Below are positions 28,212 through 38,413 of a DNA stretch of 39,813 nucleotides, in pieces (the first letter of the stretch is position 1; each line of letters begins with the position of its first letter). The position numbers were made by a program, and so were the translations under genes. Below the pieces are notes generated by a model that saw only the letters and a list, made by a program, of their open reading frames with translations, did not search any database and had not been told where the DNA came from. The DNA is from a virus (lineage: Duplodnaviria > Caudoviricetes), in the IMG/VR virus record IMGVR_UViG_3300017766_000487, positions 1-39,813 of that record; one strand, written 5' to 3'.

Positions 28212-30892
28212 TAGATTAGAATGTTCTTAAAGAAGCCCCTTTGAGCATTATAATTGGTTAAAACTTCAAAACTATCTAGGGGTCTGGAATAGAATTTTAA
28301 GCTTCCAATATGCCCACGAAGTCCGCTAACAACTCCTCCCCTATCTCCTCCTAGGAAGTTACCATATTGGTACATTCCATCTGTATAACCCCCACCAACT
28401 ATCCAAGGAGTATAGAATGTATTAAGTCTTGGACCTTGCTTCAGGACTGTAGGACCGTCTACAGTTGTTGAAGAGTATTCAAAACTATTTTGTTTCTTAA
28501 AGCTAGGAAGATTTGGAGCAGACTTAGGATATACTCCAAATACATTAGATATAGAAGAGGTTGCAACTAAAGATCCGTCAGCAAACATCTTAATAGTGTC
28601 TGTGGTGGGGTCACACGTTACGTTTATTAAAACAAACTGTGATGAGACATTTCCAAATGCTGTATTGGCTAAATCTACCTTCATCTTATAGAATGTAGTG
28701 TAGTCTTGACATTCATCATTATTAATGAATGAAGCAGAGGATAAGTCTCTAGATTGTGTTGGAGCTATGAAGAAACTTAAAGAGGATGTAGGAAGGTTCT
28801 GTGTGTTGCTGTTACTAAATCCAGTTGATTCTTTTGTTATTCGTCTATCTCTAGTAAATCCACAAAGTAATCCACGCACTACCTGACCTCCATTATCATT
28901 GTTCAGGTAATCAAGATCCCGTAAGGCTCCTGTATGGTTTATTGCTTTATATCCAGCAGCAACTCCTACGTTTTCACATCCGATCAATACTTTAGTTAGA
29001 GATGATGTTGTGTTACTTAACCATCCAAGTTCACTATCAGTTATATTAGGAACGTGAACCCAACACTCTACGGTAAAGCCTTGATTGTTGTAAGTTAGAT
29101 CTCTAAACTCTTTAGTATCTGGTAATCTAACAAATGAACCTAAACCAGAAGCACCTTTTGGGTCACTGCTTTTATTTTTTACTATTCCCTCTAAATAAGG
29201 AATTCCTAAACCTGAGAAGAATACAGATCTCTTAGAAGGAGCCACTAGCTGTGCGCTGTTATAATTATCTTGTCTTGCACAGTTTGTAGTATTGTAATCC
29301 ATTGAGGATGGTAGACTGACATCTGTTTCTAAGAAGTTATAAATAGCAAATAATCCATCTGTAACAATTTGATCAGTTAAGGATAGGACTGTTGCTCCTT
29401 GATTTCCAGAAGGTGTGTAAATTATAGAACCCTTACCTATTGTTGGAACCTTTAGATGCTCAAATTGAATTGATGGAGCTTTTATATAGGACTGAACAAA
29501 TTTAGGTGTTATTGGAAGAACTACTCCATTAACGTCACCTTGCTTAAAAGTTAGGGCTTTTTGTTTTTCTAAATCTACAGAAACATTACTGTCTGCTAAG
29601 TATGAAAAATCATTTATTGGTATTTGTCCGGGAGCAAATATTGGAGAAGTTTTTCCTCCATAAATCTGTGGAGCCTTTACTGCCACTTCAATCTGCTTCT
29701 TCCTTCTGTTTATCTTAGAGTTATGATTTGCTAAAGCAGTTATGATAAGCTGTCTTTGATTTTGAATTACAGACTGACCCTCTCCATTATCTATGAATGT
29801 TTGAAGCTCTCCAGAAAGATCATAAATTTGTTTGTCTCTTTGTTGTTTGATTACAGCTAAAAAGTGATCTTGATCATAGTACTCTTGCATACCTGCACTA
29901 TCGTCTATGATGTCTAAATCAAATAAATTATCTTTATATCTATTGAGGGAATCTAATGATATAGCCTGCCCCTTGCCTCCTAGGTTAGGGTCATACTCAT
30001 ACTTCCACAAGTCTCCCACAGCAATAACGCTCGAAATGGAAGCTATGGCAGAATCTATTCCTCCGCTTCTAGAGTCGTAATAAAGTCCATCTGTGGTTAA
30101 GATATAAGTGCCCGCTACAGATATTGGAGGTCCGTAAGTAAGTCTGAATATCTCTTTTTCTTCGGCTCCAACTTCTGGATCCTCCAAAGGTGCTCTACAG
30201 AAAGTGGTTCCTGATAAGAATTGATCATACTCTTTACAGTCTAGGATTTTAGGCTCAAGATCAGGATTAGCTCTTCTAGCTGCTAAGATTGAATCAATAT
30301 TAATTAATAAAGCATCGCACTTAGCTATAAAATCTACCGCTTCTTCCAAGCTAGCTCTGTCCGCAGCAAAGGATTCTTCTATCTGTTGTTGAGTTCTTTG
30401 TGATCCTGAATTACCAGCTTGGAATTTTTTAACACTTTTCAACTTATCAAAACATTCTATGATTGCATCTATTTCAGCTTTTATACTTTGATAGTTTGCA
30501 TAAATCTGAGCACCAAAGGATGCAGCTTGTTGTAATGCTCCAAGAATGCCAGTAAGATTTTCTAAAGCTTGATTTTTATCTTTATCAAGTTTGTTTTGCG
30601 AATCAAGAGAATTAAATTTAAAAGTTCCTGATTCAGTATCAAATTCAATAATTCCTGTATCTAAAGTTAATTTTTTGAATATAGCTTTAGTTACTTGATT
30701 AGCTGCTGTCTTTCCTGTAAGAACGTCTTGTCTTAAATCAGACAATATAGAGCTAGGTAATATTGATAACAGGTTTGACGTTAGGTTTAGTAAACAGCTT
30801 GGAAGTCCAAACGACATTCCAAGAGAACGAACAAGACCTGTTCCTGTGTTTCCTTGTACGTTTAAAAAAGTATTTAAATCAAAAGAAGCCAT
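28211..30892 (-). CDS. Virion protein with helical N-terminus and C-terminal LamG/ConA-like lectin domain
   Basis: 893 aa with FTVECWV, IKMFADGSLV and GHIGSLKFYSRPL. Confidence 0.7.
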   Translation of the reverse strand: MASFDLNTFLNVQGNTGTGLVRSLGMSFGLPSCLLNLTSNLLSILPSSILSDLRQDVLTGKTAANQVTKAIFKKLTLDTGIIEFDTESGTFKFNSLDSQNKLDKDKNQALENLTGILGALQQAASFGAQIYANYQSIKAEIDAIIECFDKLKSVKKFQAGNSGSQRTQQQIEESFAADRASLEEAVDFIAKCDALLINIDSILAARRANPDLEPKILDCKEYDQFLSGTTFCRAPLEDPEVGAEEKEIFRLTYGPPISVAGTYILTTDGLYYDSRSGGIDSAIASISSVIAVGDLWKYEYDPNLGGKGQAISLDSLNRYKDNLFDLDIIDDSAGMQEYYDQDHFLAVIKQQRDKQIYDLSGELQTFIDNGEGQSVIQNQRQLIITALANHNSKINRRKKQIEVAVKAPQIYGGKTSPIFAPGQIPINDFSYLADSNVSVDLEKQKALTFKQGDVNGVVLPITPKFVQSYIKAPSIQFEHLKVPTIGKGSIIYTPSGNQGATVLSLTDQIVTDGLFAIYNFLETDVSLPSSMDYNTTNCARQDNYNSAQLVAPSKRSVFFSGLGIPYLEGIVKNKSSDPKGASGLGSFVRLPDTKEFRDLTYNNQGFTVECWVHVPNITDSELGWLSNTTSSLTKVLIGCENVGVAAGYKAINHTGALRDLDYLNNDNGGQVVRGLLCGFTRDRRITKESTGFSNSNTQNLPTSSLSFFIAPTQSRDLSSASFINNDECQDYTTFYKMKVDLANTAFGNVSSQFVLINVTCDPTTDTIKMFADGSLVATSSISNVFGVYPKSAPNLPSFKKQNSFEYSSTTVDGPTVLKQGPRLNTFYTPWIVGGGYTDGMYQYGNFLGGDRGGVVSGLRGHIGSLKFYSRPLDSFEVLTNYNAQRGFFKNILI

Positions 30893-30897
30893 AATTG

Positions 30898-32010
30898 TTA
30901 CCTATTAAAAAGTGTTCCGTAAACATCCCAAGTAGTTATACCTACATTACCATAAGTACTTTGCGATCCTTCAGTATCGACTGGATTAGGTGTGGCTCCA
31001 TTAGCTAAATTAACTAAAGTACCGTCAATATTTACAGTTGTTGTAGACTTGACATCGACTGAATCACAGGAGACACTAAACTTTGAACAGTCTATATTTA
31101 CGTCTCCTCCAGCCTTCATATTTATATCCGAACCAGCTTCGATCTTTACTTTGCCTTTGGTCTTGATAACTATACTACCATCTGCGCCATTAGTCTCTAT
31201 TACGATCTGTTGATTACTTCCAGACTCATTTAGACACTCAATAAAAATTCTGCCCTGCTCGGCTTGGCTAAAGATATTAACATCTTTCCATTTGCTTTGG
31301 ATATTAACATTTCCAGACTTAACAGAGGTTTCACCCCAAGGAACTCCAGTCGCATAGTTTAATAGTTGAAGCTCCTTGCCGTCTGGCAAAATAACCATAT
31401 CAGTTTGATCTTTTAAATTAAAATGTCGTTGAGCACCTACTGTATGTATTTGTAATCCTTGATCAGGAAGACCTAGGTATTCTGGATTAGCAGTTAGGTG
31501 TATTGTGCTTCCATTTCCAGAATCTAAAACTATAGAATCTTGTTCTGGAGTATCAATTAGTTTTACAACTTTATTCTTGGCTGTTTTTAATTCAACATAC
31601 TGATTAATAAGCTTGTCATTATGTTCCTCTGATATAGTTAATCCTGCCGAACTTGGTGAGCGGAATAAGTATCTCATAGGAACTCCTTGCGCTCTATACA
31701 TGAATGGATCAACTCTATTCATTACGTTTAATCCAGCGTCAGGAATTACACCACCTACAGCGTCCTCTTGTTCCGCTTTCCAGAAGAGGGTTCCTAAATA
31801 AAACCAGTGATCAGTTCCTTCTGGTTGGCAAACGAGTATTCTAGTTCCTTGCTCAGGTATAGCAATAATTCCACCTTCTGTATTAGATCCATATGGACTA
31901 ACATAATAAACAGATCTATTGATACCTCCTAGGACATCTATATTAGCTTCAAAGGCTCCGTTACAATAAGGATCAAAAGTATTTCTAACTTCAGCTAAAG
32001 ATATTCTCAT
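30898..32010 (-). CDS. Baseplate central spike (gp5/gpV/VgrG-like OB fold plus beta-helix)
   Basis: GIIAIPEQGTRILV OB-fold motif. C-terminal ~8-residue beta repeats (GSIVIKTK GKVKIEAG SDINMKAG GDVNID). No lysozyme domain seen. Confidence 0.8.
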   Translation of the reverse strand: MRISLAEVRNTFDPYCNGAFEANIDVLGGINRSVYYVSPYGSNTEGGIIAIPEQGTRILVCQPEGTDHWFYLGTLFWKAEQEDAVGGVIPDAGLNVMNRVDPFMYRAQGVPMRYLFRSPSSAGLTISEEHNDKLINQYVELKTAKNKVVKLIDTPEQDSIVLDSGNGSTIHLTANPEYLGLPDQGLQIHTVGAQRHFNLKDQTDMVILPDGKELQLLNYATGVPWGETSVKSGNVNIQSKWKDVNIFSQAEQGRIFIECLNESGSNQQIVIETNGADGSIVIKTKGKVKIEAGSDINMKAGGDVNIDCSKFSVSCDSVDVKSTTTVNIDGTLVNLANGATPNPVDTEGSQSTYGNVGITTWDVYGTLFNR

Positions 32011-32012
32011 AA

Positions 32013-34655
32013 TTACTCATCACTTTCTTGTATATCAGAGATAAACTTATTAGATCCATATAGATTTCTTACTAAATTAAATTCTGAATATGCACCTGAT
32101 ACAGAATCTATAACGTGTCGGAATCCCACAATCTGAAACTCTCCAGAAAAGAAAGAGTTTAATCCGCTTCTAGGTAAAGTATTTTCTTGAATTATTGGAG
32201 AGTCTTGAGCAAACAAAATGCAAAAACTATTAATAACGTCGGAGGTTCTTGATATATTAAAAGTTGGTAAAGTTTTTATTGTAATATCTGTGCTTTTTCT
32301 ATAAAGATCATACAACATTTCCGTCATTATTTTTGTAGGATCTCCGGGGTAATTTTGATCTACTTCAATATATGGTTTAAAATCTACATCACCTAAAGAA
32401 TCTAAAATAGCTACAACTACTTGTAAAAATTTATCTGGATCTTTCTGAGGAGAAATTCCATCAAATTGAGAAGAGTCTAGATTACTTCTAAGTTCTTTTA
32501 TAATTTCTTCACGGATATTAGAATTATTTCCATTAATACCCATAGCAGCCTGCTTTTTCTTTACAAAAAGAATAGCTTCTTCTATTGTTGTAATTGGGAA
32601 ATTACCTACACCATCAGGAAGTAGTCCGGCCACGACGGCTGATGCTTTTGCACTTATAACTTTAGAGAATCCAATTTTTAAAAAGCTAAAATAGCTTGAT
32701 CCTAGTTTACCAGTAAGATCAATTACATTTGGATTTTTTACGTTAAATTTAAAAACAGGGAGTCCTGCTTTTTTTAATTTTTGTTTGTATAGTGGATCTA
32801 TATCCACATCTTCGTATCCAAATATGTCAGGTATGTAAGATTGATCTCCAAACACTCCATTTGTGCTTCTTTTTTCATTTACTATTTTTTTTATTTTTTT
32901 TGTATAAGTACTATTTAATAAAAGTATTTTATCTAGTGGGTGTATAGGAATAGTTACTAATTGAGCAGTTAATAAATCATTAATATTCTTTTCAATAGAA
33001 GCCTGTTTTGAATCTCCCTCTTGAGTACTTATAAAATTATTACGATCCGCATCATTACTAGCTTTTACTTTGGATAAATCTCTTCTACCTCTTTGTACTT
33101 TATTTTTTATACTAGATATTGATTTTTCTTTTTCTTCTGCATCATATGCTCCATATAGATATTCTTTTATTAATGAAGCATCCCCTACAATAATACATTC
33201 TTTTTCTTCATTAAATATTTCATACCCTGCGAGTGTAGGGTATAGAGAAGGTACTATCTCTCCATCTTGAGCAGACCAAAACTTTAAAACATTCAAATCA
33301 GTTTCTGTTATAGTTACAAAGTTTATAGGATAAACTCCTTTAAAAGCTTCTGATAGTTTATTTATTACGCTTTGTAATCTTCCAGAATAATTTGGAACTC
33401 CAGAGGTTGCAGCCTCAGTTAGCACTGCTTTAAACTCTGAGTATTTATACCAGTTTTGTCTTCTTGTTTCAGCATTAGTTCCGGGAGTTTCCAAATTTCC
33501 TACCGTTGTGGATACTACTGCATTAGGTATTACTTGTTCATTAGGTTTTGATGTATCTATTCTCTCTACATTAAAACCAAAATCTTCCAAAGTTCCTACT
33601 AAAGAAGCATAAAAAGCTGCCTCAGGAGGAATTTCTGTCTTCATTATGTTAGCTTGAATTTTTCCCGGAGCGCCTCCAGTAGACGTTGCAGCAGCTAAAC
33701 TTGCTCTAGTTGAATATTTAAATGAATCATAAACTTTTTGTATATGTTCTTTACATACTACATTTAGATCAGGAAGAAGAACAATTATATTTTTATTGTT
33801 GGTTGCATTTTGTACAAATCCTCTTATTGCATCGACAATTATCGTATGAATATCAACCTGATTAAAAATGCTTACTAACGATGGATTTGTCTCCGCAATC
33901 AAAGCTAATTGCTCTTTCTCGTACTGATCTATGCCTTCAGTTATTTTCTTTGATTCTTTTAGATAAGTTTTATAATCATAAACATTATTTGGAAAATCTT
34001 TAAACTTTATTTCTCTAGAAGAACCTACACACCGCATGGTTAATCCAGCTAAGTTTAGATTTACTCTCTCGTTGTAAGCACCTCTCCTATTTCCTACATC
34101 AAACTTATCAAGAGTTGGAGCTAGTGTCAATGTGATCTTTTTAGCACCTTGAGTAGGCACAATATCTACAGAGTTTATAACTGCTTGATGTGGACCAGAC
34201 CACATCTTGAAATCATTTCCACAACCATATGCAATGTATATGGTTCTATTTTCATATTCTTTAACTAGTTCATTTTTTACGTTTTGATAAAATTCTTTTC
34301 CTATCTTATTTAAAGATCTTCTAGTCTGATCGTTTACATCTTTTGCTCTACTATCCGATAAAGATTTTACAGGACCGCTATATGCAGTTCCAGCAAGTTG
34401 TTGCATTATTCCACCAGAAAAAAATCTTGTCTCAAACTGTTGTCTAGGATCAATAAATGTTAGTTTAAAACTAAACTCTTTTAAATAGTTGTGTTCAAAA
34501 GAAATAAAGTTTGGATTTCCTTGTGTATCAAATAACAAAACATCTGGATCGTTTATCAACTCTTTGTGTACGGCAGCATATGATGCACCCTCTTTAAAGT
34601 ATTGCATCATCTTATCTCGGTTATATCCGACAATTACGTTTACTGTTGGAATCAT
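32013..34655 (-). CDS. Baseplate hub protein (gp27/gpD-like), enlarged
   Basis: C-terminal FSGEFQIVGFRHVI....YSEFNLVR pattern, located between the gp53-like and spike genes. Confidence 0.65.
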   Translation of the reverse strand: MIPTVNVIVGYNRDKMMQYFKEGASYAAVHKELINDPDVLLFDTQGNPNFISFEHNYLKEFSFKLTFIDPRQQFETRFFSGGIMQQLAGTAYSGPVKSLSDSRAKDVNDQTRRSLNKIGKEFYQNVKNELVKEYENRTIYIAYGCGNDFKMWSGPHQAVINSVDIVPTQGAKKITLTLAPTLDKFDVGNRRGAYNERVNLNLAGLTMRCVGSSREIKFKDFPNNVYDYKTYLKESKKITEGIDQYEKEQLALIAETNPSLVSIFNQVDIHTIIVDAIRGFVQNATNNKNIIVLLPDLNVVCKEHIQKVYDSFKYSTRASLAAATSTGGAPGKIQANIMKTEIPPEAAFYASLVGTLEDFGFNVERIDTSKPNEQVIPNAVVSTTVGNLETPGTNAETRRQNWYKYSEFKAVLTEAATSGVPNYSGRLQSVINKLSEAFKGVYPINFVTITETDLNVLKFWSAQDGEIVPSLYPTLAGYEIFNEEKECIIVGDASLIKEYLYGAYDAEEKEKSISSIKNKVQRGRRDLSKVKASNDADRNNFISTQEGDSKQASIEKNINDLLTAQLVTIPIHPLDKILLLNSTYTKKIKKIVNEKRSTNGVFGDQSYIPDIFGYEDVDIDPLYKQKLKKAGLPVFKFNVKNPNVIDLTGKLGSSYFSFLKIGFSKVISAKASAVVAGLLPDGVGNFPITTIEEAILFVKKKQAAMGINGNNSNIREEIIKELRSNLDSSQFDGISPQKDPDKFLQVVVAILDSLGDVDFKPYIEVDQNYPGDPTKIMTEMLYDLYRKSTDITIKTLPTFNISRTSDVINSFCILFAQDSPIIQENTLPRSGLNSFFSGEFQIVGFRHVIDSVSGAYSEFNLVRNLYGSNKFISDIQESDE

Positions 34656-34960
34656 TACAACTTAGGTATTAGTATTTTTTGATTAAGATAAAATCCTTCA
34701 TTAGGATCTGTTATTGAATTTACTAACATCAACAACCACCAATTTTTAGGAGTTCCATAAAAAACATTAGAAATCAAATCTGGCCTGTGTTCATATCCTG
34801 CTGGAACATATCCAACATCATATGTGTATGCAGATTCTAGGTTACTTAGTAAATTATCATAGTAGGGAGAGTTTACTATGGTAGTAACAGGAACGCCCCG
34901 GTGTTTTATTGTATTAACTTCTATGGCATATGGCCCAGTATTTTCTCCTAATGATTCCAT
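34655..34960 (-). CDS. LysM-like baseplate wedge protein (T4 gp53 / P2 gpX-like)
   Basis: RPDLISNVFYGTPKNWWLLMLVNSITDP...ILIP. Confidence 0.88.
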   Translation of the reverse strand: MESLGENTGPYAIEVNTIKHRGVPVTTIVNSPYYDNLLSNLESAYTYDVGYVPAGYEHRPDLISNVFYGTPKNWWLLMLVNSITDPNEGFYLNQKILIPKL

Positions 34961-34968
34961 ATTAATCC

Positions 34969-36051
34969 TTATATTGTGTAAGAATATCCGGGATCAGTAG
35001 TATGCGATCCGGGGTCCATGCTCCTAAAATCTCCAGTCACAACAGCTTCCCATCCAGCTAAGTTATCTCTCTTAACTGGATTAGCTTTTTCTTTAGGTAA
35101 GAACTCTCCAAAGTCTCCTGCTCGAATTTCTTCTAAGTCTAAATTAAATTTTATTCTTCTTGGAAGCAATGTTTGTAAATCATAACCTGCTTCATCTTCT
35201 GCTTCTATAGCATAATTCATGCATAGACATGGAATATCTTGATACATTATTCCGTGAGATAATCTAATAATTGGAGGACCTAATAATGGATTATGTGCGT
35301 TATTAATTACAGAAGCTCTAATTACGTTAGTCCAATAAACAATAATATCAATTATTTTGTATCTATTTTGATCAGCTAAAAGATTTTGATTAGATGCTCG
35401 ATTAAATCCTGCATCTATTGATTCTACTGCTCTCTTTCCTAATTGTTTTGATATTACTGAATTTTTTCCAAAGAATGCAGATCCTGTAGATGCTGCTGCA
35501 CCCTTTAGTTTATTTCTTAGATCAATATCTGATTGATCATTTACTCCATACCTAACTTTCAAATCTTGTAGTAAAGGTATAGATAGAGCTTTTATCATAT
35601 TAGGATTATTTAATACTTGCTTTGCCGAATCTTTTGCAAGGTTATTTAAATAATTTTTTCCTAGCTTAGTGGCTATACTAATATCTTCAGGCTTGCTTTC
35701 TGTTTTGTTTAGGAATAAATCTTTCTCATTTGAGTATATTTTACTAACATCATTTTCAAATCTATCTTTACTAATTCCATTATGAGTTTCTAAAATATGA
35801 GGAAGCGTCATGCGGAAAGATAATGAAAGTTGTCTAGAGTCTGCTCCTAGGTAGGAATATAAGTTACTAGATCTTGAAATAAGTGAATACTTTTGATATC
35901 TTGCTTTTTTAGATTCTGATATAGTAATGTTCTCAAAGAAAGGTAAAGAAGCAACATATCCATATTTGCTAGCTGTTGGTGATTGATTATCGTTTGGAAA
36001 TATAAACTGTAATCTACTTCTTTGAGGTAGTGCTCTATCGATTATGTACAT
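34969..36051 (-). CDS. Tail tube initiator-like protein (tube fold, gp48/gp54/gpU-like)
   Basis: LPFFENITISESKKARY...SRS..YSYLGADSRQLSLSF and PPIIRLSHG. It lies between the tape measure and LysM genes. Confidence 0.7.
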   Translation of the reverse strand: MYIIDRALPQRSRLQFIFPNDNQSPTASKYGYVASLPFFENITISESKKARYQKYSLISRSSNLYSYLGADSRQLSLSFRMTLPHILETHNGISKDRFENDVSKIYSNEKDLFLNKTESKPEDISIATKLGKNYLNNLAKDSAKQVLNNPNMIKALSIPLLQDLKVRYGVNDQSDIDLRNKLKGAAASTGSAFFGKNSVISKQLGKRAVESIDAGFNRASNQNLLADQNRYKIIDIIVYWTNVIRASVINNAHNPLLGPPIIRLSHGIMYQDIPCLCMNYAIEAEDEAGYDLQTLLPRRIKFNLDLEEIRAGDFGEFLPKEKANPVKRDNLAGWEAVVTGDFRSMDPGSHTTDPGYSYTI

Positions 36052-36061
36052 AATAATATCC

Positions 36062-37951
36062 TTATGCTGGCTTCTCTAAATACCTAGGATTAGCTAAATA
36101 ATTATTTGCTAAGAAAGTATTTGTTTCTACGTTAGACATGATTTGTGAAGTTTTTTGTGCTGCATCTTTAGTTTGTTCAGCAGCCTCTCTCTGTTTTCTT
36201 AGTTCTTCTAAGATCGCATCATAACTATCAGATGTTCTAACTCCTAAAACTCTTTCTAACATTAAACTAACTTGATTAACATTCTCATTCAATAGGTTAT
36301 TAGTAACTGGCTCTGGAGTCTTTCTATCAATACTTGCAATACCGTCTTTCATGCTGTCTAGGTATTCATTACTTTCTCTTTCAAATGATTTACCTTCAAT
36401 AAAGTTTTTTAATATAGCTCCTAATAATTTATTTCCAAGACCATTAGGATCATTTATATTTTCATTCCATTTTGCTTTCATAGCGGACCATTGATCCAAT
36501 GGATTTGTAAATACGTCTCCAAGGCTTGCAAATATAGCTTCGGCTTCTTTTCCAAAGTTTTCAAAATATCGAGTCATATTATTATATGAGTTATCAGCCA
36601 ACCTTTTAAAATAATCGCCGGGAGTAATACGATCTAATATTTTGTAAAATACAGTACTAAACCCTTCATATAGTGTTGCAACTAACCAACCCACATACTG
36701 TGAAGTATTACCAATTAATGCTACGCTCTCTATAAGTAAATCAGAAATATAAACAATAACAGATAAAATTTTAAAACCAGTATCAGAATAATTTTTCCAT
36801 AAACTTTCTAAAATATTTATTCCATACATAGAAGCTTTTAAAATTGCTATAGTTAATGTTCTAAAAGCAGAAGCAGTATCACCTATTTCCTCCCCTAACA
36901 TCTCGGATAATACTTTTGCAACGTGCTGACCAGCGAAAGATAAGAAATCAACCATTTTCAATAATTGAGGATATAAATCTTGTAAGAAGTAAGTTAGTAA
37001 TGGTTGTAACACCTCATTCTTTAAATTCTCTAAAGTTCTACCAAAATCTAAAGCTTGCTCTCCTTCTACTCTAACTCTAGTTCCTAGATTTTTAGCAACA
37101 ACATTAAAATCCAAAGCAGTTTTTCCTAAAGCTTCTTGTGCAATACCTACTTGTCTAAAAAACTTATTTGCTCCACCTGCCATAAACTCTGTGGTTCTAG
37201 AAGCAGTTTGAATTGCATCAACTAGTAATCCTCTGCTTAATTCTGTACTGTGTTCGACTGCTGCTAACTGTTCTCTAATATTTCCAATACCTAATCTTAT
37301 TAAATTTGCATAAGCATCCTCGCTGGTATCGAAAATAGCATTAACTACTGAATTTAAGTTTTGAGCAATATTAGTAGGAAGCTCTGCTCCTAATTCTCTA
37401 ACAGCACCAACTATGCCTTCTCCAAGACCAGCTAGTCTTTGTGCTGGGAAAGTTCTAGATAATGAATCTATTACTTCCACTAAATGCTCTGTGCTTGTAT
37501 TCCATTCTCTGCTCGTAGCTATTAAACTGTTAGACAGGTAATTAGTTGAATCTCTAGAAAGACCTAAGGTAGTTTCTAGTTTAGCCATTACCTGACCAGT
37601 CTTACCAAAAGTAAGACCTGTTAATTGTTGTTGATTTATTAATCTGGCTATTCCGGCTGTATTGCCTTGTAAGCCTTGCTGCATTCCAGCGATAGATCCT
37701 ACGAACTTTTGTTCTATAGTTCCTCTTAGTCCCTGCATTACAGGTCTTAGAGATTTTTCTGTTTCTGTAAATGTCTTACCTAAAGCTAAAGACATCTTCT
37801 CAAGTTTATTAGAAGTATCTAAAGCTTTATTAAGTTGATCTTTTACTTCTCCTAAAACTTTAGTTACAGCTTGAAGACTAGCAATTAAAGGAGGAATGGA
37901 CAAACCCGCCGCGAGGCTTCCTATAGCTATCGTCGATATCGGTTCTGCCAT
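36062..37951 (-). CDS. Tape measure protein
   Basis: 629 aa, Ala/Leu/Gly-rich and helical, with hydrophobic stretches. It is in the canonical position before the tube initiator. Confidence 0.75.
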   Translation of the reverse strand: MAEPISTIAIGSLAAGLSIPPLIASLQAVTKVLGEVKDQLNKALDTSNKLEKMSLALGKTFTETEKSLRPVMQGLRGTIEQKFVGSIAGMQQGLQGNTAGIARLINQQQLTGLTFGKTGQVMAKLETTLGLSRDSTNYLSNSLIATSREWNTSTEHLVEVIDSLSRTFPAQRLAGLGEGIVGAVRELGAELPTNIAQNLNSVVNAIFDTSEDAYANLIRLGIGNIREQLAAVEHSTELSRGLLVDAIQTASRTTEFMAGGANKFFRQVGIAQEALGKTALDFNVVAKNLGTRVRVEGEQALDFGRTLENLKNEVLQPLLTYFLQDLYPQLLKMVDFLSFAGQHVAKVLSEMLGEEIGDTASAFRTLTIAILKASMYGINILESLWKNYSDTGFKILSVIVYISDLLIESVALIGNTSQYVGWLVATLYEGFSTVFYKILDRITPGDYFKRLADNSYNNMTRYFENFGKEAEAIFASLGDVFTNPLDQWSAMKAKWNENINDPNGLGNKLLGAILKNFIEGKSFERESNEYLDSMKDGIASIDRKTPEPVTNNLLNENVNQVSLMLERVLGVRTSDSYDAILEELRKQREAAEQTKDAAQKTSQIMSNVETNTFLANNYLANPRYLEKPA

Positions 37952-37954
37952 GAT

Positions 37955-38377
37955 TTATTGCTCTTTTTCTTTTGGTGCTTTATTAGGTATTTTTTCTTCA
38001 GGTGGTCTAAGTTTTTTTCTAATTCTTCTTAAAGATCCCCAAATATTACCTAATATATAGGTTCTATAATTTTCTTTAGGTAATTTCTGATTTTCATACA
38101 AATCATATAAAGATTGTGGGGTATAATTTCCATAATCAGGAACTCTAAACCCTGTTAACAACAAATTACCTGTACCTGCCTCTTTTACTATAGGCTGGAC
38201 AACTAATACTACACGCTCTCTTCTACTATCAAAACCTTGTCCTAGTTTATATCTAAAAATTACGAAGTCCCCCGGATCAGCACAAGAATCTGATTTTGGA
38301 ACTATAGAAACTTCCGAATCTGCATCAAGTGCTAAAGAAGTTAAGAAATATTTAATTTGTGGAGAAAAATAAACCAT
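37955..38377 (-). CDS. Hypothetical protein, possibly distant T4 gp2 (DNA end protector)-like
   Basis: 140 aa. PGDFVIFRY..VVLVV..LLTGF..YRTY loosely follows the gp2 pattern. The ORF is well supported; the product is weak. Confidence 0.5.
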   Translation of the reverse strand: MVYFSPQIKYFLTSLALDADSEVSIVPKSDSCADPGDFVIFRYKLGQGFDSRRERVVLVVQPIVKEAGTGNLLLTGFRVPDYGNYTPQSLYDLYENQKLPKENYRTYILGNIWGSLRRIRKKLRPPEEKIPNKAPKEKEQ

Positions 38378-38381
38378 ATAC

Positions 38382-38405
38382 CTTATATTATATAGTAAAT
38401 ATAAG
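38382..38405. promoter_or_regulatory. Divergent promoter region with CTATATAATATAAG (minus) inside an 8-bp inverted repeat
   Basis: cttatatt (38382-38389), 8 nt, then aatataag (38398-38405), in a 36-nt gap between divergent ATGs. Confidence 0.6.
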
Positions 38406-38413
38406 ATAAGATA

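Noticed and set aside
21395-37951. Stand-alone contractile injection system or tailocin
   Set aside because: Contiguous capsid, scaffold, protease and neck genes show this is a phage.
37955-38377. Tail-assembly chaperone with programmed frameshift before the tape measure gene
   Set aside because: No convincing slippery heptamer and no room for a second frame; the gene ends 3 nt before the tape measure ATG.
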